Shown here piece by piece: positions 39,966 to 49,495 of a stretch of DNA of 64,000 nucleotides. The stretch covers positions 160,001-224,000 of the forward strand of contig CBDBHR010000029.1 of the NCBI GenBank assembly GCA_965205865.1. Direction: 5' to 3'. The notes beneath the pieces were generated by a model, which was not told where the DNA came from, searched no databases, and worked only from the letters and a program-made list of their open reading frames with translations. Origin of the DNA: a bacterium (GTDB lineage: Bacteria; SAR324; NAC60-12). Made by a program: the position numbers and the translations under genes. How positions within the stretch are numbered: position 1 is the stretch's first letter; each line of letters begins with the position of its first letter.

Positions 39966-41402
39966 ATGGCAAAAAATATCACGCGGAGGGTCGAAAATTA
40001 TTCCCAATGGTATCTGGACGTAATCAAAGCCGGACAACTGGCTGATTATGCTCCAGTCAAAGGATGTATGGTGATTCGTCCGACAGGTTATGCGCTGTGG
40101 GAAGCCATGCAGGCGCAGTTGGATCGAATGTTCAAGAAAACCGGACATGTCAATGCGTATTTCCCTTTATTGATTCCACAAAGTTTTTTGGAAAAAGAAG
40201 CAGACCACGTGGAAGGGTTCAGTCCGGAATGCGCCGTGGTCACGCACGGTGGTGGCCGGGAACTCGAGGAGGCTTTAGTGGTGCGCCCCACTTCGGAAAC
40301 CGTAATCGGCCATATGTATTCCCAGTGGATCAATAGTTATCGGGATTTACCGCTATTGATCAATCAATGGTGTAATGTGATGCGTTGGGAAATGCGTACC
40401 CGTTTGTTCCTGAGAACCTCGGAATTTTTGTGGCAGGAAGGACATACCGCCCATGAAACGTATGAAGAAGCCCAGGAAGAAACCCTGAAGATGTTGGAAA
40501 TCTATCGAAAATTCCAGGAAGAGTATCTGGCCATTCCGGTTATCAAGGGACAAAAGACGGATTCCGAAAAATTCCCCGGCGCTGACGCGACCTACACTGT
40601 GGAAGCCATGATGCAGGACGGCAAAGCGTTGCAGGCTGGCACTTCGCATAATATGAGGCAAAATTTTGCAAGAGCATTCGATATCCGGTTTTTGGGACGC
40701 GACAACGAACGGCAGCATGCTTATACGACAAGTTGGGGTTGTTCCACCCGCATGATTGGCGGTCTGATCATGACACACGGCGACGATGATGGTTTGATCA
40801 TTCCTCCCCGGATTGCGCCGGTTGCGGTGGCAATTGTTCCTATTATCACCAAGGAAGAAGACAAAGGTCCCGTTGTTGAATTTGCCGAATCCCTGCGCAA
40901 GCGTCTTGCCGAGCACATTGATCCCTTGCGTATTAAATTGGATCTGCGGGATCTGCGGCCTGCCGAAAAATTTTTTCACTGGGTGCAGCAGGGGGTTCCA
41001 CTGCGCATCGAAATTGGACCGCGAGATGTAAAAAATGCAGTGGGGATGCTGGTCCGGCGTGACAATCGCGAAAAACAGCCTGTCCCTCTGGAAACGATTG
41101 AAGCAACCGTGATGACTACGCTGGATGCAATCCAGCATGCGCTCTACCAGACTGCAATGAGATTTCATGAAGATAATACGACTTCGGTGAGCAGCTACGA
41201 GGAATTCAAGGAAGTACTGAATAACAAAGGAGGATTTATCCGTGCGCATTGGAATGGATCTTCCGCGGTGGAAGCGCAAATCAAGGAAGAGACCAAAGCT
41301 ACCATCCGCTGCATCCCGCTGGAGGAAGACCCACTACCGGGGTCTTGTATTTTCACTGGAGAACTATCCGCGCAGGAAGTTATTTTTGCTATTGCCTATT
41401 GA
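39966..41402 (+). CDS. proS: Proline--tRNA ligase, archaeal/eukaryotic type
   Basis: YSQWY, RPTSET, RWEMRTRLFLRTSEFLWQEGH, QAGTSH, C-terminal ATIRCIP...FAIAY; no INS editing domain. Confidence 0.97.
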   Translation: MAKNITRRVENYSQWYLDVIKAGQLADYAPVKGCMVIRPTGYALWEAMQAQLDRMFKKTGHVNAYFPLLIPQSFLEKEADHVEGFSPECAVVTHGGGRELEEALVVRPTSETVIGHMYSQWINSYRDLPLLINQWCNVMRWEMRTRLFLRTSEFLWQEGHTAHETYEEAQEETLKMLEIYRKFQEEYLAIPVIKGQKTDSEKFPGADATYTVEAMMQDGKALQAGTSHNMRQNFARAFDIRFLGRDNERQHAYTTSWGCSTRMIGGLIMTHGDDDGLIIPPRIAPVAVAIVPIITKEEDKGPVVEFAESLRKRLAEHIDPLRIKLDLRDLRPAEKFFHWVQQGVPLRIEIGPRDVKNAVGMLVRRDNREKQPVPLETIEATVMTTLDAIQHALYQTAMRFHEDNTTSVSSYEEFKEVLNNKGGFIRAHWNGSSAVEAQIKEETKATIRCIPLEEDPLPGSCIFTGELSAQEVIFAIAY

Positions 41403-43023
41403 AGACAGAAAATTGTTCTTTTTCTTCCTGCCGACTTTCGCCTACCAAGCGTCCTAAAGGATAAGAGTCCAAGTCCACGAATTTGACGTATTGTGCCAGC
41501 AATGGATGAACCTCCCTGACTTTGAGGAACAGCGCCTGCGCCACTTTGCGGTAATTCTCATGCCCTTGGGGCGCACTGCGCAACTCGATAAGCCACATCA
41601 AGGCTCTCAGGTTGATGTGCATGTACCAACGAATGTTGTAGCTGAGCGGGACCACATATTGAGCTTCGATAGAAAAGTCCGCCGCAATGGTTTCATAGGC
41701 ATCTTCAGCTCGTCTCATGGCATCACGGTAAAGGTTCGCCACCCCGGCTGCTTCTATTTCCCGGGGCATGTCATAGCCAAAGCGCGTGGAAAGCAATTGT
41801 CGTTCTTGGGTCAGTGTTCGGTGTCTGTGGAGGTCCCGGTACATGCCATAGTCTCCCTGTATATCAAAAGTATAGAAAACCATTTCTAATTCTCGTCCCG
41901 GTTTATGTCGCCGGTTTTCCCGAAGAGCCACACTTTCCCGGATGATTTGTTCTTTTTCTCCCTGAGAAAGCCGGGCAACGACCTTTCTGATTTCGGAAAG
42001 CGGCCGGCTGGAATGGGAATAGAGCAAGGCAGCGATCAATTTGGTTTCCGCTTCGGGATCATAGTCGATCAATCGTACTAATTCCGCACGCTCTACTGGC
42101 GTCTCGGACAGATACCGGGACGCGATTTTCCGGGATAACTTCTGTGTTTTTGTCGTAAAGTTTCGATAACTTCGGAAATGACGGTGCTGCCAGTGAGCAC
42201 GTCGCACGAATGAAGGGATGACTTTGCGCAGTTCCCCGTGTGTGACCCGTGCGGTCTCTTGCAATTCGCGGAGTGGGTTGGTATGCAGTTTGGAAAGCAA
42301 GGCTTCGAAAAAACGCCCATTGCCGAAGATCCCCATATTGGTCAGAGTGGATGCCGGTAAAAGTCCGCGGATGACATCGAATACCTTGGCGCGCACCGAA
42401 CGATTGTAGCCGCCCTCACTCATACCAGATTCCCTTGGCATCCAATTCCGAACATGGGCGCTGACGGGCTCAAAAAGACCGACATAGGTATCAAACAGAA
42501 AGCGGTTGATTTCCAGGTAAAGGGATTTGTGGGACGAGTTCAGTATCTGTAGGTCTTTGTAAAACATATAATCGTTTTTCACCTTTTTACCAAAGGTCAC
42601 GTACCGGGTTGATTTTTCCAAAGGAGAGCCACCAATGCGGGCGTCTTGAAGTTGTTTGGTGGCCAGGATGGAAATGTCTTCAATCGCCAAATGCGCACCT
42701 CCCAGTTCTCCAATCGAATCATCACCATAGCCATCCAATATGCGATCATAAAAATCCTGAGCACGTTCGACCGCCAAAGAGTCTTGGGCTCGCTGCCCGC
42801 TGTATTTGCCCTGCATCTCTTGAAATGCGGAGTCGTGATTTTGTATGAATTCCTTGAGCAATAAACGTCGCAAGCCCAGGGTGGAGCGGGAATAGCGGGA
42901 AAATAAAGCTCCCTTGATCACTTCAGGAAGATTCTTCAGGACAAAAATCGATTGATCCGTATTGGTCACATAAGGAGCAAGTAAGACTTCTTCTTCAGGA
43001 GTGAATGACTCGCGTGTCCGCAT
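41389..43023 (-). CDS. thyX: FAD-dependent thymidylate synthase with two Thy1 domains
   Basis: 544 aa; GYGDDSIGELG, SPLEKSTRY in the first half and RDLHRHR in the second half. Confidence 0.88.
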   Translation of the reverse strand: MRTRESFTPEEEVLLAPYVTNTDQSIFVLKNLPEVIKGALFSRYSRSTLGLRRLLLKEFIQNHDSAFQEMQGKYSGQRAQDSLAVERAQDFYDRILDGYGDDSIGELGGAHLAIEDISILATKQLQDARIGGSPLEKSTRYVTFGKKVKNDYMFYKDLQILNSSHKSLYLEINRFLFDTYVGLFEPVSAHVRNWMPRESGMSEGGYNRSVRAKVFDVIRGLLPASTLTNMGIFGNGRFFEALLSKLHTNPLRELQETARVTHGELRKVIPSFVRRAHWQHRHFRSYRNFTTKTQKLSRKIASRYLSETPVERAELVRLIDYDPEAETKLIAALLYSHSSRPLSEIRKVVARLSQGEKEQIIRESVALRENRRHKPGRELEMVFYTFDIQGDYGMYRDLHRHRTLTQERQLLSTRFGYDMPREIEAAGVANLYRDAMRRAEDAYETIAADFSIEAQYVVPLSYNIRWYMHINLRALMWLIELRSAPQGHENYRKVAQALFLKVREVHPLLAQYVKFVDLDSYPLGRLVGESRQEEKEQFSVFNRQ

Positions 43024-43043
43024 GAACCGAGTTGGAATATCGA

Positions 43044-43613
43044 TCAGGTGGTAGGAATACCCTGAGAGTTGGGTAGCGCTTCATCTGTTTTGGGAAGTGG
43101 GATATTCGTATATTTTGTTTCTTTGTTGGGTTTGTAAGAATCCTTCAACAAATCACGAGTATAATCGAAGCGGCCTCGGGAAGAATAGGCCATGGCGATA
43201 ACTCCCGTGTCCATCCGAATTGCTTCTTTCGGGCAGGCTTCCACGCACAATCCGCAAAAAACACATCGCAACTCATCAATGTCGAAGACTACCGGATATT
43301 TTTCAATTGATAAATCCGGATGATCCCCTGCTTCAATAAAGATGCACTGCGCCGGGCAAATCGTTTCACACATGTAGCAGGCCACGCACTTGATGAACCC
43401 ATCCTCTCGTCTGGTCAGGCGATGCCGTCCTCTCCAGCGTGGAGAAACCGGACGCAGCCTCTCTGGATATTGAATGGTCACCACATCTTTGGCACCCAAC
43501 AAATTCCTTATGAAATGGCGGACGGTCAAGCGCAGTCCATTCAAAATTGCAATTAGATAGAAAGCTTCCTGAAAACCATCAACACGTTTTACCGTTTTTA
43601 CTTTGAGTTCCAT
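43044..43613 (-). CDS. nuoI: NADH-quinone oxidoreductase subunit I
   Basis: Two 4Fe-4S motifs, CVACYMCETICP and CVFCGLCVEACP. Confidence 0.95.
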   Translation of the reverse strand: MELKVKTVKRVDGFQEAFYLIAILNGLRLTVRHFIRNLLGAKDVVTIQYPERLRPVSPRWRGRHRLTRREDGFIKCVACYMCETICPAQCIFIEAGDHPDLSIEKYPVVFDIDELRCVFCGLCVEACPKEAIRMDTGVIAMAYSSRGRFDYTRDLLKDSYKPNKETKYTNIPLPKTDEALPNSQGIPTT

Positions 43614-43667
43614 GATTTCTGCTCATTTGTATTGGAAAAGAAGAGACGCTATTTTTCATCAAAGGGA

Positions 43668-44750
43668 TCAATTGACCATCAGGATTATGACGGCGGTGAC
43701 TAAAACATTTGCCAAGGAGATCGGTAGCAGTTTTTTCCAACCCAACGCCATGGTTTGGTCAAAACGAAACTTGGGAATCGTCCAACGAATCTGAATTTGC
43801 AGCCAACAGAAAAAGACTGTGAGTATGGAAAATTTGCTGATTTGCAGCAAAGTGACGATCCATTGAGGCGCGCTTTCCCACAAATGGAGCCAGGGGATGT
43901 GATAGCCGCCGAGAAACAATGTCACCATCAATACCGCAACCCCGACCACGGCGATATATTCCGCCAGCATGAAAGCCGCAAACCGCATACCCGAGTACTC
44001 CAGAAAATATCCGCCGACAATTTCTGATTCCCCTTCCGGCGCATCGAAGGGCGCGCGCTTGGTTTCGGCGATCATGGCAACAAAAAATAGTACGAAACCC
44101 AAAGGCTGCGTTAAAATTCCCCATTTGGGAATCAAGTTGCCAAACCAATAAGTGTTTTGACCGTCCACTATCACACTGATTCGAGTCGATTCATAGACCA
44201 TGAAAATCCCCAACAGGGAGAGACCGATGAACACTTCATAAGACAACATTTGAGAAGACGCCCGGATTCCGCCAAGCAGGGCAAATTTGCTGTTCGAACC
44301 GGCGCCTGCCAGAACAGAGCCGTATACTCCGAGAGAGGTAATCGCAAAAATGTACAAAAGTCCGGGTTCCACGTCGGTGATTTGAAAGGTGAAATCCCCG
44401 ATGGGACCGGCAAAGGGAATGATGGCAAAAATTGCCATTCCGGCGGCAAACCCAAAATAAGGGGCTATAGTGAATAAAAATCGGTCAGCGCCTTCCGGGA
44501 TGAAATCTTCCTTGAAAATTGATTTCAAACCATCTGCGGCAATATGCATCGCGCCACGTCCTCGAAAATTGTCTAGAAAAGGTATATTGGCTCGATTGGG
44601 ACCGACACGATCCTGGATCATGGCACTCCATTTGCGCTCCATCAACGTGAGAACGGTGGCCAGCGGCATGACAAACAGAAAGATGATCACCACGATTTTG
44701 AGAATCGTCTGAACGAGAGGAATGAGAAGGATGCTGATAATGACACTCAT
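43668..44750 (-). CDS. nuoH: NADH-quinone oxidoreductase subunit H
   Basis: ERK...QDRVGPN, ADGLK, AETKRAPFD.PEGESE, EYSG, KFRFDQ. Confidence 0.96.
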   Translation of the reverse strand: MSVIISILLIPLVQTILKIVVIIFLFVMPLATVLTLMERKWSAMIQDRVGPNRANIPFLDNFRGRGAMHIAADGLKSIFKEDFIPEGADRFLFTIAPYFGFAAGMAIFAIIPFAGPIGDFTFQITDVEPGLLYIFAITSLGVYGSVLAGAGSNSKFALLGGIRASSQMLSYEVFIGLSLLGIFMVYESTRISVIVDGQNTYWFGNLIPKWGILTQPLGFVLFFVAMIAETKRAPFDAPEGESEIVGGYFLEYSGMRFAAFMLAEYIAVVGVAVLMVTLFLGGYHIPWLHLWESAPQWIVTLLQISKFSILTVFFCWLQIQIRWTIPKFRFDQTMALGWKKLLPISLANVLVTAVIILMVN

Positions 44751-44817
44751 ACGATAAAAAACCTCCGTAGTTTTACAATTTAACGGTCAGGTCCTCATTT
44801 AGTGAAACTCCTGATTT

Positions 44818-46038
44818 TTAGCGGTCCAATTCTCCGCCTATCATATTGACGGAACCAAAAATCGGCACAATATCCGCAACATATTCTCCCTTGCACATGT
44901 GCGGCATTGCGGCAACAAAATTGAAACAAGGGGGACGCACTCGGCACTTGACCGGTTCACCGGAGCCATCAGAAACCAGATAATACCCGAGTTCGCCATT
45001 TCCTCCTTCCGTGGGCATATAAACCTCCCCTGCCGGAGGAAGGTGTCCCTCCATCACAATTTTGAAATGGTCGATCAAGCCTTCGATGTCTCCAAACACT
45101 TGTTTTTTATCCGGCAGGGTGAGTCGACGATCATCGACCGCGATCGGTCCCGCCGGCATTTTGTCAGAGGCTTGCTCGATAATGGAAATGCTTTGCCACA
45201 TTTCTTCCATACGGACCAGATAACGGTCGAAGCAATCCCCCACGGTGCCCACGGGTATTTCAAAATCCAGTTCATCGTAAATCGAGTAACTGTCTGCGCG
45301 GCGGATATCGTATGGCACGCCGCAGGCGCGTAACATGGGACCCGTGAAGCCAAAAGAAATGGCGTCTTCCTTGGAGATGGTTCCCACATTCTTGACTCGA
45401 TCGATAAAGATTTTGTTGCGGGTCAGTAAACTGTCGCATTCCTTTAATATGCCTTTGACCTCTTCCAATCGTTTGTGAAGCTCTTGGAGAAATCCGTCTG
45501 GCAAATCCGTGGCATTGCCTCCAATCCGGGTCCAATTGGTAGTCAGGCGGGCACCGGTGACTTGCTCGACCAACTCCCACAAAAACTCCCGTGCCTTGAC
45601 GAACCAAAGAAAAAAAGTGAAGGCGCCGACTTCCATAGCAGCTGCTCCCACACATGTCAGGTGGTCGGTAATGCGCGAGATTTCTCCCATGATCACGCGT
45701 GTGAATTGGGCGCGCCGCGGCGCTGCCACGCCAAATAGTTTTTCGACGCCTTCGGCATAACCAATGTTGCAAAGGAGCGGGGACACATAGTTCAATCGAT
45801 CGGTATATGGCGTGATTTGGATCCATTTGGAATTTTCAGATTCCTTCTCGAATCCCCGGTGCAAGTAGCCAATATCCGGGATCATTTCTACGATTTCTTC
45901 TCCGTCAATCCAGGTAGTAAAGCGCACGATGCCATGCATCGCCGGATGAGCCGGCCCGATTTCAATCATCATCGTGGACGCATCCGCTTGTTCTTCCGGA
46001 TTGCCAAGTGGGGTTTGGCTTTGCAACGCTTCTTCCAT
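44818..46038 (-). CDS. nuoD: NADH-quinone oxidoreductase subunit D
   Basis: GPAHPAMHG, IGYLHRGFEK, DRLNY, C-terminal GELDR; no NiFe CxxC motifs. Confidence 0.96.
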   Translation of the reverse strand: MEEALQSQTPLGNPEEQADASTMMIEIGPAHPAMHGIVRFTTWIDGEEIVEMIPDIGYLHRGFEKESENSKWIQITPYTDRLNYVSPLLCNIGYAEGVEKLFGVAAPRRAQFTRVIMGEISRITDHLTCVGAAAMEVGAFTFFLWFVKAREFLWELVEQVTGARLTTNWTRIGGNATDLPDGFLQELHKRLEEVKGILKECDSLLTRNKIFIDRVKNVGTISKEDAISFGFTGPMLRACGVPYDIRRADSYSIYDELDFEIPVGTVGDCFDRYLVRMEEMWQSISIIEQASDKMPAGPIAVDDRRLTLPDKKQVFGDIEGLIDHFKIVMEGHLPPAGEVYMPTEGGNGELGYYLVSDGSGEPVKCRVRPPCFNFVAAMPHMCKGEYVADIVPIFGSVNMIGGELDR

Positions 46039-46565
46039 TAAGACCTTTTATAATCATGACGTTCATAGACAACCCGCATTTCGACCAGCGGTTGCTCTTT
46101 GTCGGTGGGATAATCTTTGCGCAACGGGTGTCCCTCAAATTCGGGATACATCAGAATCCGTTTCAAATTGGGGTGGTTTTTGAAGACGATGCCATACATG
46201 TCGTAACATTCTCTTTCATACCAATCCACGGATTGCCACAGCGCATGAATCGAATCAATTTCGCACGCGTCTTCCGGAATACGGACTTTCAGTCGTAAAC
46301 GATGATTCAGGCTAAGGGATTTGAAATGATAGACAATTTCGAATCGTGGTTGTTCCTCCCAATAATCCACTGCCGTCAAATCGATCATCAATTCCATCTT
46401 GCAACGATCGTCGTCACGTAGAAACTGGCAAACCGGGACAATTTGGTTGCGGTCGATCAGTATTGTTTCATCCCCACGGTGGTTATGAAAATCCCGCACG
46501 GTGTCGGGAAATTGATCTTTCAGTAACTGCGTGAGTTTCCCCATTTCTTGCGATTCAGTGGACAT
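46038..46565 (-). CDS. nuoC: NADH-quinone oxidoreductase subunit C
   Basis: DLTAVDY, WYERECYDMYG, GHPLRKDYP. Confidence 0.96.
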   Translation of the reverse strand: MSTESQEMGKLTQLLKDQFPDTVRDFHNHRGDETILIDRNQIVPVCQFLRDDDRCKMELMIDLTAVDYWEEQPRFEIVYHFKSLSLNHRLRLKVRIPEDACEIDSIHALWQSVDWYERECYDMYGIVFKNHPNLKRILMYPEFEGHPLRKDYPTDKEQPLVEMRVVYERHDYKRS

Positions 46566-46586
46566 ACCAGAAGACTCCGACCTTTT

Positions 46587-47156
46587 CTATTTACGACTGA
46601 GCATGAGGGTTTCTTTAGTTTCTTCAGGATTTTTCTTGGAGATGTAGCGAGGGGTTTGTTCCTGCAAGGGATTGATGCCCGTGAATCCCCGGGGGCCTTT
46701 TTCCTGTATGCGATTTTGCAACTCGATGATAGCGTCAAGCACCGCTTCCGGGCGTGGGGGACACCCGGCAATATAGGTATCGACCGGAATGATCCGGTCG
46801 ATTCCCTGGACCACTGAGTAATTCTGGTAAAATCCTCCGGACGCGGCGCAAGCGCCAAATGCAACCACCCATTTGGGATGTGGCATTTGTTCATAAATAG
46901 TTTTCAGAATCGGTGCCATTTTGTGAGTGATCGTACCGACAACAAATAACAAGTCTGCCTGCCGAGGAGAAAAACGAGGGATTTCCGCACCAAAGCGGGA
47001 CACGTCATAATGCGAACAGGCCGAGGCCATGTACTCCATACCACAACAAGCGGTGACGAAAGGATAATTGAAAAGAGAAAATTTTCGAGACCAATTGATC
47101 ACCGAGTCCACCGTGGTGGCCATAAAACCATCTTGAAATTGCGTATCTACTCCCAT
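46587..47156 (-). CDS. nuoB: NADH-quinone oxidoreductase subunit B
   Basis: TACCGME, SPRQAD, GACAASGG, GCPPRPE; ATG 47156 overlaps the nuoA end. Confidence 0.96.
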   Translation of the reverse strand: MGVDTQFQDGFMATTVDSVINWSRKFSLFNYPFVTACCGMEYMASACSHYDVSRFGAEIPRFSPRQADLLFVVGTITHKMAPILKTIYEQMPHPKWVVAFGACAASGGFYQNYSVVQGIDRIIPVDTYIAGCPPRPEAVLDAIIELQNRIQEKGPRGFTGINPLQEQTPRYISKKNPEETKETLMLSRK

Positions 47157-47506
47157 TCCAATGCTCCTTTTTTCCAAACGTAAACCAAGCCGACCAGTAA
47201 AAGTGCGATAAAGACAAAACACTCGGCAAAGCCGAACCATCCCATTTCCCGAAACTTCACTGCCCATGGATAGAGAAAAACGATTTCCACGTCAAAAATC
47301 AAGAAAATCAGGGCGGTCATATAAAACTTGACGTCATAGCGTTGACCCACCAATCCTTGGGAAGCCCATCCACTTTCAAATGGCATTTCCTTCAGTTTTC
47401 CGCGCCGCTTCGGACCCAACAAAATGCCGGCAAGGGTAAATATGGTTGCGAACGCCAACCCCAGCACAATCAAGATCAGGATGGGAAAATATTCTGTGGC
47501 GATCAT
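47147..47506 (-). CDS. nuoA: NADH-quinone oxidoreductase subunit A
   Basis: PFESG, FLIFDVEIVFLYPWA, WKKGALEW. Confidence 0.96.
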   Translation of the reverse strand: MIATEYFPILILIVLGLAFATIFTLAGILLGPKRRGKLKEMPFESGWASQGLVGQRYDVKFYMTALIFLIFDVEIVFLYPWAVKFREMGWFGFAECFVFIALLLVGLVYVWKKGALEWE

Positions 47507-47837
47507 CCAACTCTCCTTATCTAACAGTTTGTCGAGGTATTTCTCACCTCTTGATTACATCTCCGGGGAATCCGTCTTGGGTATCAAAACCTTACTTTAT
47601 CACATCGACTGCAATGATTGTCAACTCATTTAAATGCCCTTATTTCAAAATACCACTGCCTTCTTCTTTTGCTTGAGCAGTGTTTTTTCTGTCGTTTCAA
47701 TTCAAGTTGTGAATTTTCCAACAAAAATGTATCAGTAGCAACACAAAATAGATTCAAATATGGCAATATGAAAAGGGTTGGATACGGACGGCCTATGTCT
47801 CTTCTTTTTTCGAATTCATAGTAGTTGGAAGGCTCTT

Positions 47838-49271
47838 ATGGCGAAACCCCCTTTGTTTTTTCAAGGCATTGGAGAACTGGCAGACCAAATTCGGTCCGGC
47901 ACTCTCTCTCCCGTAGTTCTCACCCAGACGCTGCTCGGCCGTATCGGCTCTCTGAACTCAAAGTTGCATGCGTACAAAATCGTCTTGCATGAGCAGGCTC
48001 TGGCACAAGCGGAGGCGGCCGAAAAAGCGATCCGAAGTGGAAACTATCTCGGACCCCTACATGGCATTCCCTATGCAGCCAAGGACTTATTCGACGTCCG
48101 GGGACTTCCCACCGAGGCTGGATGTTCACTGCTTGAAAACAACATTTCGGCTGAAGATGCCACGGTTATTCGCCGTTTGAGAGAAGCTGGCGCGGTGTTG
48201 ATTGGAAAAACCCATACCGTTCAATTTGCTTTTGGTGGAGTGGGGATCAATCATGACCAGGGTACCCCTCACAATCCCTGGCATATCGTGCCACACGCGC
48301 CTGGAGGCTCCAGCAGTGGAACTGGCGTTGCAGTGTCTTCCGGCATGGCTCCCATGGGACTGGGGAGCGATACGGGAGGGTCGGTACGTATTCCCGCCTC
48401 TCTATGTGGCATCACCGGCTTGAAAACCACAGTGGGACGCATCAGCCGGAAAGGTGTCTATCCTCTTAGTTGGAGTCTGGATAGTGTCGGCCCTCTGGCA
48501 AGGAGCGTTGAAGATTGCGCACTGGCTTATCAGGCCATGCAAGGTGCCGATGGAGAAGGGGATGAAACCACGGTAGGTCAAACACCCCATGATGTCTTGC
48601 GCAGCATGAAGCGGGGCGTAAAAAACCTGCGCATCTATTTTGCCGAGACGGTATTTTGGGATGATGCCCATCCCGAGGTGATCGAAGCAGTACGAGCTTG
48701 CGGAGAAGTATTCCGTTCGCAAGGAGCTTTGGTGGAAAGCAGGGAGTTTTCAGAAGCCCAAGAAGCACAAATGCTCAATCCCCGCGGATTGGTCATTGCC
48801 GCCGAAGGATACGCCGTCAATCGCAAATGGGTGGAAGATCATGAAGAACAACTCGATCCGGTAGTGGGCGCCCGCCTGGCCAGTGGTCGAAATGTGAACG
48901 CATTTGAATATTTTGAAATCACTCGCAAATGGGCTGCGCTACGCAGAAAGATAGGGCATACCCTTGCCGACGTGGATGCCTTGATTGTCCCCAGCACGGC
49001 AATTCCTTCTCTGCCACTGGAAGAGATTGACCATGATCTGCAAACCTACACCCATTACAATCTTTTATACCTGCGCAATACTGCCATTGGCAATATTTTG
49101 AACTTGTGCGCAGTTTCCATCCCATGTGGCCAGACAAAAAAAGGATTGCCCATTGGTTTGATGATCTATGCCAAACCCTTCCAGGAAGAAATGGCCCTGC
49201 GCATTGCCTATGCCTTTGAACAAGCTTCCCCTCTGGTCCCAAGGCAACCTTCCCTGGACTGGCTTTCTTGA
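47838..49271 (+). CDS. Amidase signature family enzyme
   Basis: GPLHGIP.AAKD, PGGSSSG, GSDTGGSVRIPA. Confidence 0.92.
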   Translation: MAKPPLFFQGIGELADQIRSGTLSPVVLTQTLLGRIGSLNSKLHAYKIVLHEQALAQAEAAEKAIRSGNYLGPLHGIPYAAKDLFDVRGLPTEAGCSLLENNISAEDATVIRRLREAGAVLIGKTHTVQFAFGGVGINHDQGTPHNPWHIVPHAPGGSSSGTGVAVSSGMAPMGLGSDTGGSVRIPASLCGITGLKTTVGRISRKGVYPLSWSLDSVGPLARSVEDCALAYQAMQGADGEGDETTVGQTPHDVLRSMKRGVKNLRIYFAETVFWDDAHPEVIEAVRACGEVFRSQGALVESREFSEAQEAQMLNPRGLVIAAEGYAVNRKWVEDHEEQLDPVVGARLASGRNVNAFEYFEITRKWAALRRKIGHTLADVDALIVPSTAIPSLPLEEIDHDLQTYTHYNLLYLRNTAIGNILNLCAVSIPCGQTKKGLPIGLMIYAKPFQEEMALRIAYAFEQASPLVPRQPSLDWLS

Positions 49272-49439
49272 ATGTCTGGTTTGGTATGCCGCTAACACAA
49301 CAATTTCCTCTTTTGGAAATTCATAATCTTTCTCGAATCTCTGATATCCCGCATGATTGACTTGCTTTTTTCCCTGCATATTTATTAATCTTCGTTCTCA
49401 GATCCATTGTATTTTGAAGTGCGCCATTTAAATAGTCCG

Positions 49440-49472
49440 GAAAAATCGGGGAGATGGACTCCCCGATTTTTC
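49440..49472 (+). promoter_or_regulatory. Perfect 14-bp hairpin (terminator/attenuator-like) in the leader of the FadJ-like gene
   Basis: GAAAAATCGGGGAG-atgga-CTCCCCGATTTTTC, ending 23 nt before ATG 49496. Confidence 0.65.
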
Positions 49473-49495
49473 ATAAATTTAACAGGAGTCTCAAC

